A stretch of 64,000 nt of DNA from Eutreptiella sp. 'Long Island Sound 2002' (Eukaryota > Protista > Euglenida): NCBI GenBank assembly GCA_964036045.1, contig OZ038378.1:173848001-173912000 (forward strand), in the 5' to 3' direction. The notes below the pieces were generated by a model. That model was not told the origin of the DNA, did no database searches, and worked only from the letters and a program-made list of their open reading frames with translations. Positions within the stretch are counted from its first letter, which is position 1. Every line of letters begins with the position of its first letter. Positions 46,581 to 58,748 of this stretch are shown piece after piece. A program made the position numbers and the translations under genes.

Positions 46581-49500
46581 GGCTGTGACTCTCAGTCACT
46601 CAGCCAGAGGCCTGGCCAAGCGCACTGCAGGTGCACGCGTCAGCAACCCCGTGCCTTCGCTGCCTCTCAGCTGTCCTCTATTGACGGGAGGCCCCGCACG
46701 TGCCACCCCGGGAGCCATGCCCCCCGGGTGTCCCAGAAGCAGGAGCCCTTTGGGCAGTGGCTTTCGGAAGCAAAGGTAACTCTGCCGCAGGCGCTGCCCA
46801 CAACATTTCTAACCGTCGCCGTGACAGCCCCTCTGTATCTTCGAATCCGGTGGATTGTCTTGTTGTCCATTCTTTGGCGACATTCGACGCACGCAAAAGG
46901 CTCGGTGACGTGCTGTTCGCCACGCAGCCGGTGTACTGCGGGGCGGGAAGCCTCTTGAAGCCACTCATCTCAAAGGCCTTTTCAAGTCCGCATGAGACTG
47001 CGGCTCTCACCCGACCCCAGCGGTGGTGGAAGAGGAGCACGGGTGATGGGAGTCCGCTGTTGCTCATTTCGGGCTTTGTGTCTAGGCACACTCTCCTCCC
47101 AAGGGGTCGGGGCCTGGTCTCTGTCGGAACAAGCCACGCCAGAGAAGCATGGTCCCTGACCACTACCAGTGCAGCACGCACACAACTAAAGTCGAGCATA
47201 ACACTTTCGTTTTGCCACAGCAGGTGCAGTCCAAGGTCACAGTGTATAGTGGTGTGTGTGTGTGTGTGTGTGACAGATCTGAGCAGGGGGGTCAAGTTTT
47301 CGGCCGCATCCCCGCACGTGTTCCACGGTGATGATGATCCGCAAGCTCCGGCAGCTTATCATGGCTTGAACCCCCCCCCCCAAAAAAAAACAAAAAGTGA
47401 CGATGATTTCAGGCTGCCGGTCGGCCAATGTTTGCACGCACGCAAATGCAGTGACAGGACAGGCCGGGGGGGGGGCAGAGAACACAAAGCAAACTGGATG
47501 CGCAAAGGCCACTGCCAAGCAATACCTGAAGTACCCTGAGGTCGGCGGCTGGCTCAGATTGTCGACCTGTGGATCCCGACCAAATCTAAAGTGTAGATCA
47601 ACATTAGTTTAACCCCGGCAGAGTCGGGTTGGGTCCCTGTGTGTGGTGTCAGGGCAAGTGCGGGCTTCGGCTGCAAGTGGTGGGGGCAGACAGGTCGCTA
47701 TTGGAAGGTGTTTGCTCCCTCTCCCAAGTTTGATGATTGTTGCCACCAGTCAGCCTTTCCTACCGGCCCCCATACCATTTCATTTTGCTGATTTGTGTCC
47801 CGATGCTTGTGCCGGACCTACGCAATGTTTGTGTTTGTATCAGTGATCAGTGACGGGACGGATCTCAGTGGGAGAGACCGTCAAACGCTACCACCCATCA
47901 CTTAAACACAGCTCTCAGGACCGTTCAGGCGGGGTTTCAATCGCCATAAACTGACGAGTTAAGCTCTTATATGCCCTCCGCCCCGCACTGTATGCTGGTG
48001 TCTTTCCCTCCTGACGGACGCAGTGTTCGTGCAGTGGAGAGTGAGGGGACTTGGAAGAGTTGACTGCTTTCGCTGGAGTCGGGATGGACCTCGGACGGCA
48101 GGGAATGCCCCGGGCACACTGTGGGGAGTCCTGCGACCTTGGCTGCCGCCAGCCGCAATGTCTTCCTTGCAGCTGAAGGAGGCACGTGATTGGGGACGTT
48201 GAACTGCAGCTGGAATGGATCAACCCTCAGCCTGGGAAATATATATTTGCCGGTTGAAGTGCGTTACACTCGTGTCGTCACTCTGATGCAACAGCGTTGG
48301 CTGGTGTTGGAGGGACTATCCCGCATCAAGCTTCTGTCCCTCGCGTCCCCAGGTGAATGATGGCCTACAGGCATGCTGCATTCTGGGCGTGGGAGCTACG
48401 GCCGACACGACCTTGAGTGAGGGAAGACTGGAGGACACCAGGACACCAGAAAAACACAATGTGCTGCAGCCACGTGCCCGCGAGTGAACCGGTTCCTGAA
48501 GCTTTTGGCAGATGGCTGTTATAAAACAAGGTCAGTCTCCGGTTGGTTCCATCTGCAGTGTGTGTCCGCTAGACGGACATGTCTGATCTAACTCTAATAT
48601 ATGGTTGTGGTTGTACCGGGTGTATCTTCCAGCTTCTCCCTATGCCCCTGTGCCCCCCTATGCCCTTGTGCCCCCCCCCCCCCCCTTCCCCCCAGGGTGA
48701 ACTTCAAGTTCTTGGGGCCCGCATCCCAAGTAATCCAGTTTAGTCTGACGGAATGCAGACTGCCCCGGTTTGTTTGCGCTCCCTGGTTTGTTGTGCAGGT
48801 CTGGGCAGGAGGGTTTATGTCTCGGACGGTTGGGTTCCATGTCAATGGGGGTCCGCGTTTCAAATGCGATATGCTACGCTTGCAGCAGCCGGGACCTGCT
48901 GTTGTGGACCTGTCATGAGGGCCATTTCATGCGCCGCACAGCCCGCTGTTGCATGCGAAATTGCCGCTGTGCTGCGTATGCGCGTTGTGCATACTCCATA
49001 TCTGGTTTGAAGTCGGCGGTCCACATTCCACTGTGCTTAGGGGACTGCATTGGATACCCCACATGGCCGGCCTCTGACTCTGCCTGTGTCGCCTGCCACC
49101 GGATGATATTGCCACGTGTGGTGGCACCTTTCCCAGTGTGCTCTTGGATGCTGCTGGTACTGTCAGTAAACAGCTCTGATACTGATTCTGGTAGAGCATC
49201 TGATGCCACATTTGGTGTGGATGTAATTTACTGCACATGGTTTAATCTTGGCTGACCGTCTGCACGTTGCTTGCTGAATCGTGATACCCTCCCTCCTCTC
49301 ATCTCTGTTTTTGTCACAGCCACGTACCGGTTCAACTCAGAGCGACACGTCAGACATTCCTCCGCAGTTCCAGGATTTTTGGTGCCACAAATGCCATTGA
49401 AAGCCCATGGATGATTTATGAGCTGTTGGGAGTGACGTCTACGTCACCATTGCAACCCCCCGGCGGTCCAATGCCTGCATTTTTTCAGGTTGGGAGGCGG

Positions 49501-50559
49501 CTGGAACCGTGGCAGCCGACCCCAAAACAGCACTGTTGATTGATCGGGATGTTACCGGTATGTTGCTTGATTGGGTAGGGCACAGGCACCTCACTTCCAT
49601 TGAACTGGTGCAATTTAGGATCGAGTGTGCAAGGCCGAATCAGTGCCATTCTCTGCAGCCCTGTACCAATTAGCATGTTTTGCAGACAGGCGTCGTGCTG
49701 ACTGCTGAGGGCCTCAAGAAGGGGGGGCTGTCACCGCACGGTGTGCGCATGTGACAGCTCGTGGGTGTGCTGTTCCCTGGAGTACCGTCCAACAACAATG
49801 CAGATTTCTCATTCAAAGTCGCAAAACAAAGTCTAGAACCGCAAATTGCAGTAAAACCCACATGAGCGACATAAGCGAAATTGACATAAGCTGACATAAG
49901 CGAGGTAGTCGCTGCCAACCCTATCAGGCACCCCACCCCCACCCCAGCCCTGCCAATGAAAACCACCCCCCAGGGCTGCTTTTGGTGTTAGTCTTGCAGT
50001 TCCTACTGGGGGTTGATTAGGAGAGGGCGACATCTGGCACCACGAGACTGCGCCATACTTTGCCGCGGTGTGTAACAATTGGCTGTGATTTTCGTTCCCC
50101 TTCGGCTACTACAAGCTAATGTCACGGAGAGGGCGACATTTGGCACCACAAGACTCTGCCACCATTTGCCGCGGTGTGTACCAAGTGGCTGCGCATTTCG
50201 TTTCCCCTCTGCTGCTACAAGCTAATGTCACAGACCATGTTGTGGGGCATTTTTCGCAATATGTGGTTTGCCTTCAGACGGCCCAAGGCCTATGGCATCA
50301 CGCAACATATGCCGAGTTGTTGTATGCCATGCCACAGAGCTCGTCTGAAAAGGCTGGGGCTCAATGAAGGCATGGTGTATGCAAATTTTGTTCTTCAGTG
50401 TGCATGATGATACGTACACGATACACATTCAGATTTTTTTGGATTGCTGAATTCATTTAGCAGTGCCTGCTAAGTGAATGCTTCTTTGCTTCTTACAAAT
50501 GCTTCATACAAACGAGTGCAAGGTTTGGGTCCATGCTTGGCGTCCAGTAAATAACAGCT

Positions 50560-52060
50560 ACCACCCTGAAGCCTCTGGGAAATGAAGGTGGGCATCTGGG
50601 TTTCATGCCACCCTGGCCAGGGAGTTCCCAGCCCGCTTCTTCGTATGTGTAGATCATATTGCTGTAGTTCCGCCCAATGAAGCCACCCTGCGCAAAGTAT
50701 TGCACCGCACCTATGGACTTTCCAGGTCCATTCGGTTCAGAATCAATCATTCCAAAACTGAACTCTGTTGCTGCCCCGCCTGCCATAAGTGCGCTTCCAT
50801 CACATGGGAGGGTCAAAGAATAAAAATCTTGGCTCTTGTCTTTAAGTGCTTAGGACATCACCTTGCACATATTGTTTGGGTCGGGCCCAAACAGAACGTA
50901 TGTCACAAGTCACATCTGATCTGTCCCGATACCAACATTTCCCATCGGATGCGTTTGAGTGTGCACAATGACTATCTCTGGTCCTCTTCCCTAAATGGTG
51001 CTACAGGTTGCTGTTCATTCCCCAGGACCCCATGTTCTATGAAATTGATCAAAAGACATGCATCTTTGTCACAGCAGCCAAAGGCATTGAACCACGACAC
51101 AATGACACACATGCTATGGACCCCGTGAACGTTTGTGGGACGTGACCGCACCAAATCCATTGAACTTATCGAACACGATATATCTCCTTGCTGCAGTGTG
51201 CTCTGTACTCACCCCACTCCCCCTTACGTGAGTTGGCATCCGACCCAGTGTCCCAGTCTATGGCGCCCATCAGGGATTATGTGGCCTTGTCAAAACAGCC
51301 GGGAGCGCATGCTTCCATTGAACTATGGCAACGGGCGGTTCCCCAAGGGGGACCTGAATTGTAGGATGACGAGTCTTGTGATGATGGTCAACTCCTGCAC
51401 CCAAACTCCCAATGTTGCCCTGTCCAATTACCCAACCAGGTACATGGCCAATAAATCAGTGCCACAAATAAAGGATGCAGATACGATTCTGCCTGGGGCC
51501 TCCCCTATTACTATTGCCAGATATCAATGCTGCACCACTGGGAAACTGAAAGAGGGGAAAGTCTGCTTCAGTGACAGTAGCAAACTAGAGGTCCCTTCAC
51601 TGGAGGAACAGGCGGACAGGGCTGGTGTTGCACTGTCCTATGGATCACTCATTATCATTCCCCACGTAGCAGGCCCACAGACCTCAATCAGGAGTGGATT
51701 GTAGGTGCAGTACTTGTCACAGCACCAAACCTCGCTGAACCTGGTGACACACTGACCATGGACAACCAAGCAGTTGTACTCTGGACACCCAGACCTCCCC
51801 ACCGAGAGTGTACGGATATAGACCTGCGACAATAGGTTACCCAGCATCTGAAAACCCGGCCGCCAGTGCCCTTTTCTTGGGCCCCCAGCCAACGCGACCT
51901 GTCGGATGCCACGAGTCCAGAGGACTGTGAGGCGATACTGCAAAATGATGAGGTAGACAAATGGGCAAAGATAGCCACGGCCCTTCCACTACCACCATAT
52001 CAACCTACAGCCCTGTCTACCTGTTTGCGGTGGAATAGCGTCCACTTCGGTCATTGAATG
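50560..52060 (+). pseudogene. Decayed LINE with RT C-terminal part and RNase H
   Basis: FFVCVDHIAVV (decayed YxDD), RFRINHSKT and VFKCLGHHL at 50.6-50.9 kb. Then VCFSDSSK...GPQTSIRS, TMDNQAVV, FSWAPSQ and QNDEVDKWAK at 51.5-52.0 kb. Several stops and frameshifts. Confidence 0.65.
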
Positions 52061-53184
52061 CCGCCGAGCTTTTGGATTTCCCAACTGGGTGTCCTGGCTG
52101 CCTTTGAAGTGCACCAGATGCTTGTTGTGGCTCCGCTGGCTGTGGGAAATGTGCGGTGGGAGGGATGTGCCCCCCCCTAGGAAAAGACCGTCAGCCTTTG
52201 CCCACTGTGTGACATGTGCCATGGCAGCATAGTGCATCTGTGACTCATCCAATGTCCCGCCTGGACAGCACTCTTCCGAAAAGTCTGGCTCAGTTATGGG
52301 GGGATTGGACTGAATATTCCACTTCCTGGTTTGATCAAGCGGCACACGATGACCTTCTGCATATCTCCCGCTTGCCGAGCCCTGAATTCTTTGTAGGTGG
52401 CGTACCTCGACCACTTCGACCTGCTTTAAATGAGCATGATGCATATCATCAGTACCATTTGCTGCTGTCAGTGACGTCCTTTCGTGGCAAGTTACCCGTG
52501 CCCCCCCAATATGCTGATTCTTCTGTCCCTACCAGATTTGTCTCAGCCTGGTCTGGTTCACTGTGCCCCAGAAAAATTCACCCAAACCCGACAGCGAAAC
52601 CCCTAACGGTACAGGTGCACTTTTCACCGGCACGAAATGGCTCTGACTCTGATACACCGTCTCCCAAACCTGCATCTACCCACTGGTTACACGCCGGATA
52701 AAAAAGCTGCTGACCTAGCCCCCTTCCTCAAAAAATGTGTCCAAAGCCGTCCACTACCTCACCCATTATTCGGGCATACCCTACACAGCAGATCTGAATG
52801 CTTTTGCATCCTCACAACTGTACATATCCCCAGGTATGCTTAACCCCATGCCATTCACTTCCCCACCACGCTTCTGAGTTCCAGTCTAAGGGAATGCTGT
52901 GCACCTAGTGCGCACACAGTGCGAAGTTTTGGATGTCGGCAAATACTTGGACCCTATTGTTGGCCCCTTTTGACAAGTTTTTGGTTCCATAGTGGGGTTT
53001 TTTTTAGCTTCCTATGCATTTGGGATGTGGCACATTTGAATTGTCACCCTTTTTTTGCCCATTTTCAAACCATTTTCACCCATTTTCCATCCCGCATATT
53101 GAACTCTCCCCACTATGGGGACCCCGAGAAGGCAGGGGTGATGTAGCCATATTGAACTCTCCGAACTATGGGGACCCCGAGAAG

Positions 53185-53545
53185 GTCGGACCACTTTGAG
53201 TGAAGACCAACAAGGGTATAACGGTGTCCATGGCTTCTATCGTGCAAGGGTGGAGCACCTCTTTTTTTTGCACGGTCGTGGCAATGGAGGATTGTCCGCC
53301 ATATTTGGACACGCTCTGCAAAGGAGCCGCATGGCCATGTGCATATTTTGCTCCACCTTACTCAGTTTTGTATTTGCAGGCAGACTAGGTATCAACCCTA
53401 TGGACCTTGGCCTCATGTGCCCGAGTCTGTGTGGGCATAGGAGGAGGCAACCATTGAGGAGGAGGAAAATGATGATGGTGTTTGTTGCCAATTGTGTGGC
53501 CACCGTCCTGGTGATATATCCGAGTGTTGCACTTGCCACTTGAAC
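53185..53545 (+). pseudogene. Harbinger-like transposase C-terminus interrupted by the YR retroelement (continues at 59609-59660)
   Basis: YNGVHGFYRARVEHLF (catalytic E motif), a frameshift in a T-run, then WQWRIVRHIW...LLHLTQF...RYQPYGPWPHVP...CCQLCG...CCTCHL, matching the 3.8-4.3 kb copy. Confidence 0.75.
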
Positions 53546-53657
53546 TAAAGTTTATGCAGTAAACTTGAGTTTAAATTGGGCAAGGGGGTGGGAGGAGGGC
53601 ACCTCGTGAACACTCGCCTAGTGTTTGTTTGTTTTGTGGTGTGCCGTCGCCCTGACC

Positions 53658-54674
53658 ATGCCTGAGTCTGAGAACCAGCCGATCAGCTTTGAGGATTACC
53701 TCGAGCAGGGCCAGCATAAACTGGCCACGCAGCTGCTAAACGCATCCACGCTTCAGCAAGACACGGACAGACTCGTGGCGGCGGCAAAGACAGCGGGAAT
53801 TGACACCGTTGAACTAGCAGATCGGCCGAGGCAGAAGTATGGTCTGAAGGGATCCATGGAGGGCATCTACGAGCAAGTCGTAGCCTTCGGGACCCTCCAC
53901 AAGCGGACCTTCAATTGGAACGACTGCACGTTCTACATGTCAGCACAGCATGCCCAAGTGATCGCAGGGAACGGAACCCCGGAGAAGAACCCCGCGGACG
54001 TGGTGTCAATTGGGGGCAACTCCAGTGCCAGCGGGTCGCCAAACGACAAAGGGGTGCACGCAGACATCGAGAAAATGCGCCAAGAAATGGAGGACATGAA
54101 GCTCGTGATGGAGCAGCAACTACGAACGATACAAGAGCTACGAGCGTCCAAGACAGTGCCGCAGCTGCGGCAGGTGGTTTTCGTACTGGAAGCAGGACAT
54201 GAGATGGAGGCCAACGAGGCGAAACCTGCCTGGGCGAGAGCGATGGCGGGGGCGATGGCAGGCTGGGCGGCGGAGAATCTGCAAAGCATGCTGGAGTCTG
54301 AGTACGAGGCGGCGATGAAGGCCCTGTCCGAAGTGTGGTCACACCTGCTGTTCGAGGTCGAAAAGGAGGAAGTCAAGGCGCAGCTGGAGGCTCGAACCGC
54401 CGACGGAGCAAACGGGGCCAGGGGCTCAGAGAAGGCGAACGTCAAGGAGGAGAGAGCGAAGACCAGGCCTCAGACGGGAAAATTGGCTCCGCAGCACGTG
54501 CAAGACAGGCGGAGGGAGCGGGTGAAGGACCGCTTCACCAACATGGGAACACCCGAAGGGACGTACGAGTCCAAAGGCGGCAAGGTGCTCAAAACAGGGA
54601 AGCCCCCGCGATATCCCTGCGACGTGTGCAGAGTCAAGCACTGGTGGTTCCAGTGCCCATTCGAGAGCGACTGA
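53658..54674 (+). CDS. Gag-like protein with coiled coil and C-terminal CX2CX3HX4C zinc knuckle
   Basis: ATG five bases after repeat A1. IEKMRQEMEDMKLVMEQQLRTIQEL coiled coil; YPCDVCRVKHWWFQCP. Confidence 0.8.
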   Translation: MPESENQPISFEDYLEQGQHKLATQLLNASTLQQDTDRLVAAAKTAGIDTVELADRPRQKYGLKGSMEGIYEQVVAFGTLHKRTFNWNDCTFYMSAQHAQVIAGNGTPEKNPADVVSIGGNSSASGSPNDKGVHADIEKMRQEMEDMKLVMEQQLRTIQELRASKTVPQLRQVVFVLEAGHEMEANEAKPAWARAMAGAMAGWAAENLQSMLESEYEAAMKALSEVWSHLLFEVEKEEVKAQLEARTADGANGARGSEKANVKEERAKTRPQTGKLAPQHVQDRRRERVKDRFTNMGTPEGTYESKGGKVLKTGKPPRYPCDVCRVKHWWFQCPFESD

Positions 54675-56114
54675 ATGGAAGGGGGCCCCCGCCGCCTCGG
54701 AGCTCGGCGAGACGGCGGGCGCAGGGGGGCAGCAAGTGCCCGTGGAGGGGACGGTTGGGGGGCGGCCCTCCAGAAGATGGAGAGACTACGCACACAAGAC
54801 ACTCTGCACAGCTGGCAGACGTTTGTCCTGCTGGGATGGGAAGAATCGTCATTGGGGACATACCAGTGTCACCTGCGCAGACTGGCGGCGGTCGAGCGGC
54901 GGTTCCCATGTGATGCCAAGGAGCGGGTCCTGGAGCAGGCCATATTGGAGTGCGCCCGATTGGGGAAGTCCGAGAGCACAATCAAAGGGATCATCAGCGC
55001 AGCCGTTATGGCGACAGAAGTGCGGCTGGTTGACGCGTGCATCCCGGCCACCATCTGGAGATCCGTCAAGGCGGCGAAGAAGACAAGGAATGCGGCAAAA
55101 GAACGTATCTGGGGATCCCCGATCATGCTGCTACACATGGCAGCAAGGGCCGGCAGCCTGGAGGACTGGGCAGTGGTCGGGCTGGCCATCGTCTCGTTCC
55201 AGCTCTTCCTGCGCGTCGGAGAGGCAATCACTCTACAGCCTTGGGCGGTCGTGGACGACGCGGTACGGTTCTTCGACTCCAAGACGAGGCAGGACTGGCA
55301 ACAGAGGTCACTCACGCCGCTTACAAGGGAGTGGCTGCAGTGGCTCCAGCGCCACTTCCCAGAGCCGGCGGCGGAAGGAAGGCGGCCGTGGACGACACAG
55401 CAGCTGGAGAAGGGCATGCAACGCCTCCTCGTCGGGTCCCCATTTGAGGGTGCCCGCTGGCACGCTTGGCGCAGAGCTGGAGCTCGAGCCATGTGGACGG
55501 CAGGGGCCACAATACGGCAGGTCGCTGTGTGGGGCCGCTGGGCACGTGACTCCACCGCGCGGTGGTACGCGCATCCGACCGAAACGCAGCCCGTGCAAGC
55601 GGAAGAGTTCTGGCCGCGACCTCCCCGAGAGGGAGCTGGAGGCAGGTGGCGCAGCCGCACGACGTCCCTACGGCTCGAACAGCTCTGGCCGTCTGGGATA
55701 CGACAGCAGTGGAAGCACAGAAAGGAGCATGTGGCGTTTGGGCCCTCGAGGACCATGCCCGGGACCGACGGGCACGCTGGAAACTCGACGGCGGCCCAGG
55801 GCGGGGCGGGGAGCAAACTGCGACCGAAGCGACAGCTCGCCAAGCACAGGCAGGCACCCGACAACGGGGGCGGCAGCTCGACAGGGGCGCGGCAAGTTCA
55901 GGGTGGTGGGCAGCAAGTGCCGGCCTCCTCAACCGAGTCGGCTTCGTCCGACTGCCGTCCCACAGAGGAAGCCCTCGTCCCCTTGCGCCTGGTCCCTAAG
56001 TTTAAGAGAGGGCGCGCTGAGGAGGCCCGGGCACAGGGGGGGTTCAAGCGAGTGCGGAGAGCCACCGGCAGCGTGTCCTACTCGTCTTACTCGTCTTACT
56101 CCTCCACCGCTTAG
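54675..56114 (+). CDS. Tyrosine recombinase (DIRS/Ngaro/VIPER-type YR)
   Basis: FLRVGEA (R at 55212), DSKT, WHAWRRAGA (HxxR at 55461), VWGRW...STARWY (Y at 55566). An alternative ATG lies at 54777. Confidence 0.9.
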   Translation: MEGGPRRLGARRDGGRRGAASARGGDGWGAALQKMERLRTQDTLHSWQTFVLLGWEESSLGTYQCHLRRLAAVERRFPCDAKERVLEQAILECARLGKSESTIKGIISAAVMATEVRLVDACIPATIWRSVKAAKKTRNAAKERIWGSPIMLLHMAARAGSLEDWAVVGLAIVSFQLFLRVGEAITLQPWAVVDDAVRFFDSKTRQDWQQRSLTPLTREWLQWLQRHFPEPAAEGRRPWTTQQLEKGMQRLLVGSPFEGARWHAWRRAGARAMWTAGATIRQVAVWGRWARDSTARWYAHPTETQPVQAEEFWPRPPREGAGGRWRSRTTSLRLEQLWPSGIRQQWKHRKEHVAFGPSRTMPGTDGHAGNSTAAQGGAGSKLRPKRQLAKHRQAPDNGGGSSTGARQVQGGGQQVPASSTESASSDCRPTEEALVPLRLVPKFKRGRAEEARAQGGFKRVRRATGSVSYSSYSSYSSTA

Positions 56115-57609
56115 TGGAGAGCTGTGGCTGTGCGTAGGCGGGTTTGGCGCTTTGTTGGCGGTACTGGTGCGACTACTTTCGCGGGCGTGGTGGGTTGCGG
56201 TGGTATGCGCGTCGTACGTGGCCTGCGTGTGTCGTGTCGGGGCGGGAGTAACGTCTGATGCTACCGTTGAGGCGGAGCGGCCCTCCAAGGCCAGGTTCCG
56301 AGAGGCCATGTATCAGCTTTCGCTGCGTTTTGCGCAAAAGTGGGGTGTAGAGCAGGGACGCGCGTACAAGGCGTTGGATGTGTTCAGGAAAGAGGTGTTC
56401 CAGTTGAGTGAGGATTTGAGGGACGACAGGCCACTACTAACATGGATGCATCTGTGCGAGGCCATGGTCATGGAGGGACTTAGGGAGCTGCTGGACGGCA
56501 TTTACCCCGCCGTGCCGGAAGGTGAGGTGACTCCTGAGATAGCCCAAAAAGGGATAGGGTCAGTGGGTGCGGTTCCACTGCCGGATTGGCTGTGGCAGAT
56601 CTATGTCAGTCCGCGACAGGAGATTTTACTCTTGTCTGCTGAGGAGGTACGGAAGGTGCGAGGACCCACGGCTGACATGCTCAGGGCCATTGCAGGGACA
56701 GGGGCACTGCAGCAACTGTCTAGGCAGGAGGCGGATGCCTTGGGCATTCCGTGGTCGCCTACGGCGACTGCCTTCACCATCCCCAAAAATGAGACCAAGG
56801 CGCGACTTATCCTGCACGGGGTGCGCGCAAACAAGCGGCAGTGGGAGGGCGGGTACAGGGTGCCGCGTGTCAGCCTGCCTTAGGTAGAGTCTTTAGCGGA
56901 GGTTTTTTCGCAAGGGCTGCGTGGCTGGGGGGCCAACATCGACATCACAAATTGTTACTGGTCTATACTGCTGCCAAAGGGGAAGGGCCACCTTTTTCGT
57001 GTGGGGGGGGAGGAGTGCGTGTGGATTTTTAAGACGCTGCCGTTTGGTTGGAGCTACAGTCCACTACTGTGTCAGCGACTGCTGGCACAGTTGACGGGGA
57101 AGGTGGGGCTGGAGGTGGCAGGGGCGGTGCTGCGGCTCATGCACTACCTCGATGATTTTCTGGTTTTCGGCGACTCCGAGGCCGCCGTCGCCACAAAGCT
57201 GGCGGAGTTCAAGGAAGTTCTGAAAAACGCAGGCTTCCTGATCAGTGAAAAGTCGTCCAGTCGGCCGGAGAGGGAGCTTGTCTTTTTGGGCAAGCATGTC
57301 GACTTTGGGCGGGGGGTCATTCTGAACACCAGGCACACGTTGGAAGATGCCCTGAGCAGGTACGTACTGATGGCATCCAGGCCGGTTACGCGAAAGTCCG
57401 TACAGCGGGTGGTGGGGAAGTTGATCTGGGCCTGCAGGCCATCGCATTGGTCAAACCTTTTTCTGGCGGGGCCCATTGCGCACGTACAGTGGGGCGCAAA
57501 ATGGATGCCGCACCCGCCCACAAACCTTCTGCGGTCGCTGTCGGGTGCGTTGTGGTTTGCTGGGAGGGGCTGGTGGCCGCCTGCGTCGTCCCCCCCCCCC
57601 GCCCCCTAA
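56115..57609 (+). pseudogene. Reverse transcriptase of the YR element, with one in-frame TAG (56881-56883)
   Basis: FTIPKNETKARLIL, NIDITNCYWSI, FKTLPFGWSYSP, HYLDDFLVFG (57145) and LVFLGKHVD are all in one frame apart from the TAG. First in-frame ATG after the YR stop is 56308. Confidence 0.9.
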
Positions 57610-58090
57610 GGGGCTGTGCCCGCAGGTGTACTCCGACGCAGCGCGGGACGGAAATAGTGGCAGGCTGGGTATGTGCTCATCGGCGGGAGCACACCACTCC
57701 CTGCGTGTACCGCTGCAGAACCAGCAGGTGCTAGAATTTCGAGGGGCGGCTGCGGCCGTGAAATCAGTGGTGGGACGGAAGCTCCCTTGGGCTACATTGC
57801 ATCTGGACAACCAAGGGGTGCTCTGGGGCCTAAGATCAGGGAAAGTGGGAATTGGGCTGAGGGAGCAGCGTCGGTGTGTTCGACAAATAATGTATGCTCT
57901 GGCAAAGGGAGGGACTTCGGTGCACCTTTCGTATGTACCCGGGGCCATCATGCCGGCGGACTATCTGTCTCGGGTTCGCACCAATTTTTTTGGTGACAAG
58001 AGCATGGCACTGGGGTCTGCCTTCGACCAAATGGCAGATTTGTTACCTGTTTGCACTCAGACAGAATGTTGGGGTGTCTTGCGGTTCTGA
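57600..58090 (+). pseudogene. DIRS-type RNase H, offset by +1 from the RT frame at an 11-C tract (57590-57600)
   Basis: QVYSDAA, QQVLEFRG, LHLDNQGV, SYVPGAIMPADYLSR. Removing one C fuses it to RT. Confidence 0.85.
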
Positions 58091-58244
58091 TTTCGAGCCG
58101 TGAGTCTGCGCGCCTGTAGTGAGCCTGCGGTGGGTGTGCGTGAGCGTCGTGCGTGGGCCCGGCAGCAAGTGCCTGGGCTGTTGAGGGGAGTGTTGTGCAC
58201 TGCTCGTGGCAGAACTTTGTTTTGCGGCGCCACACGTGCTACAC

Positions 58245-58748
58245 ATGCCACGAGCTGGCAGCGCGCAGCGCGATGCGGCGCAGGTGGCGGCTAAGCGGGG
58301 GCGACGAGACGATAGACTGGTGGCGGCTCACAGGTTTGAAGAAGTATACGAGGTGGCGAGCGTGTCATATCGAACGTGGACGGTCACACCAGGGCTGGCG
58401 AACAGCAAGCGCTTTCCGGTCGTGATGCGGTTGTGCAGACGTGTCGAGGCAACATGGCGGCGCGAGACGCAACGCAAGGTCGAAGGAAAGCCGCAGGGAA
58501 CACACTCCATGGAGCGAGCGGTCTTCATCCCAGAGTGGACCGGGGCGACACGTGGCGTGCGTATCTCCGTAACGGTGGAAAAGCTGAAACACGGGCCTCG
58601 GCTACCGCCGGGGACGCAAAGGCTTTGGGCCGCCGGTTCGCCGGCTATGGTGCAGGCGGTGGCCGCAGTGATGCGGGAAGTGCAGCAGGAGGGGGGTGGC
58701 CACGGAGAGGTGGAAAGCGCAAGTGGAGATGTGGACCAAACCCAGTAA
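58245..58748 (+). CDS. Orphan ORF4 inside the retroelement, between RNase H and repeat B1
   Basis: ATG at 58245 within the 58206-58748 open frame. It ends 25 bp before B1 and has protein-like composition. No family recognised. Confidence 0.45.
   Translation: MPRAGSAQRDAAQVAAKRGRRDDRLVAAHRFEEVYEVASVSYRTWTVTPGLANSKRFPVVMRLCRRVEATWRRETQRKVEGKPQGTHSMERAVFIPEWTGATRGVRISVTVEKLKHGPRLPPGTQRLWAAGSPAMVQAVAAVMREVQQEGGGHGEVESASGDVDQTQ

Noticed and set aside
50032-50232. Roughly 99-bp tandem duplication (GGCGACAT.TGGCACCAC...CTACAAGCTAATGTCAC)
   Set aside because: A diverged local duplication next to the decayed LINE, with no evidence of function.
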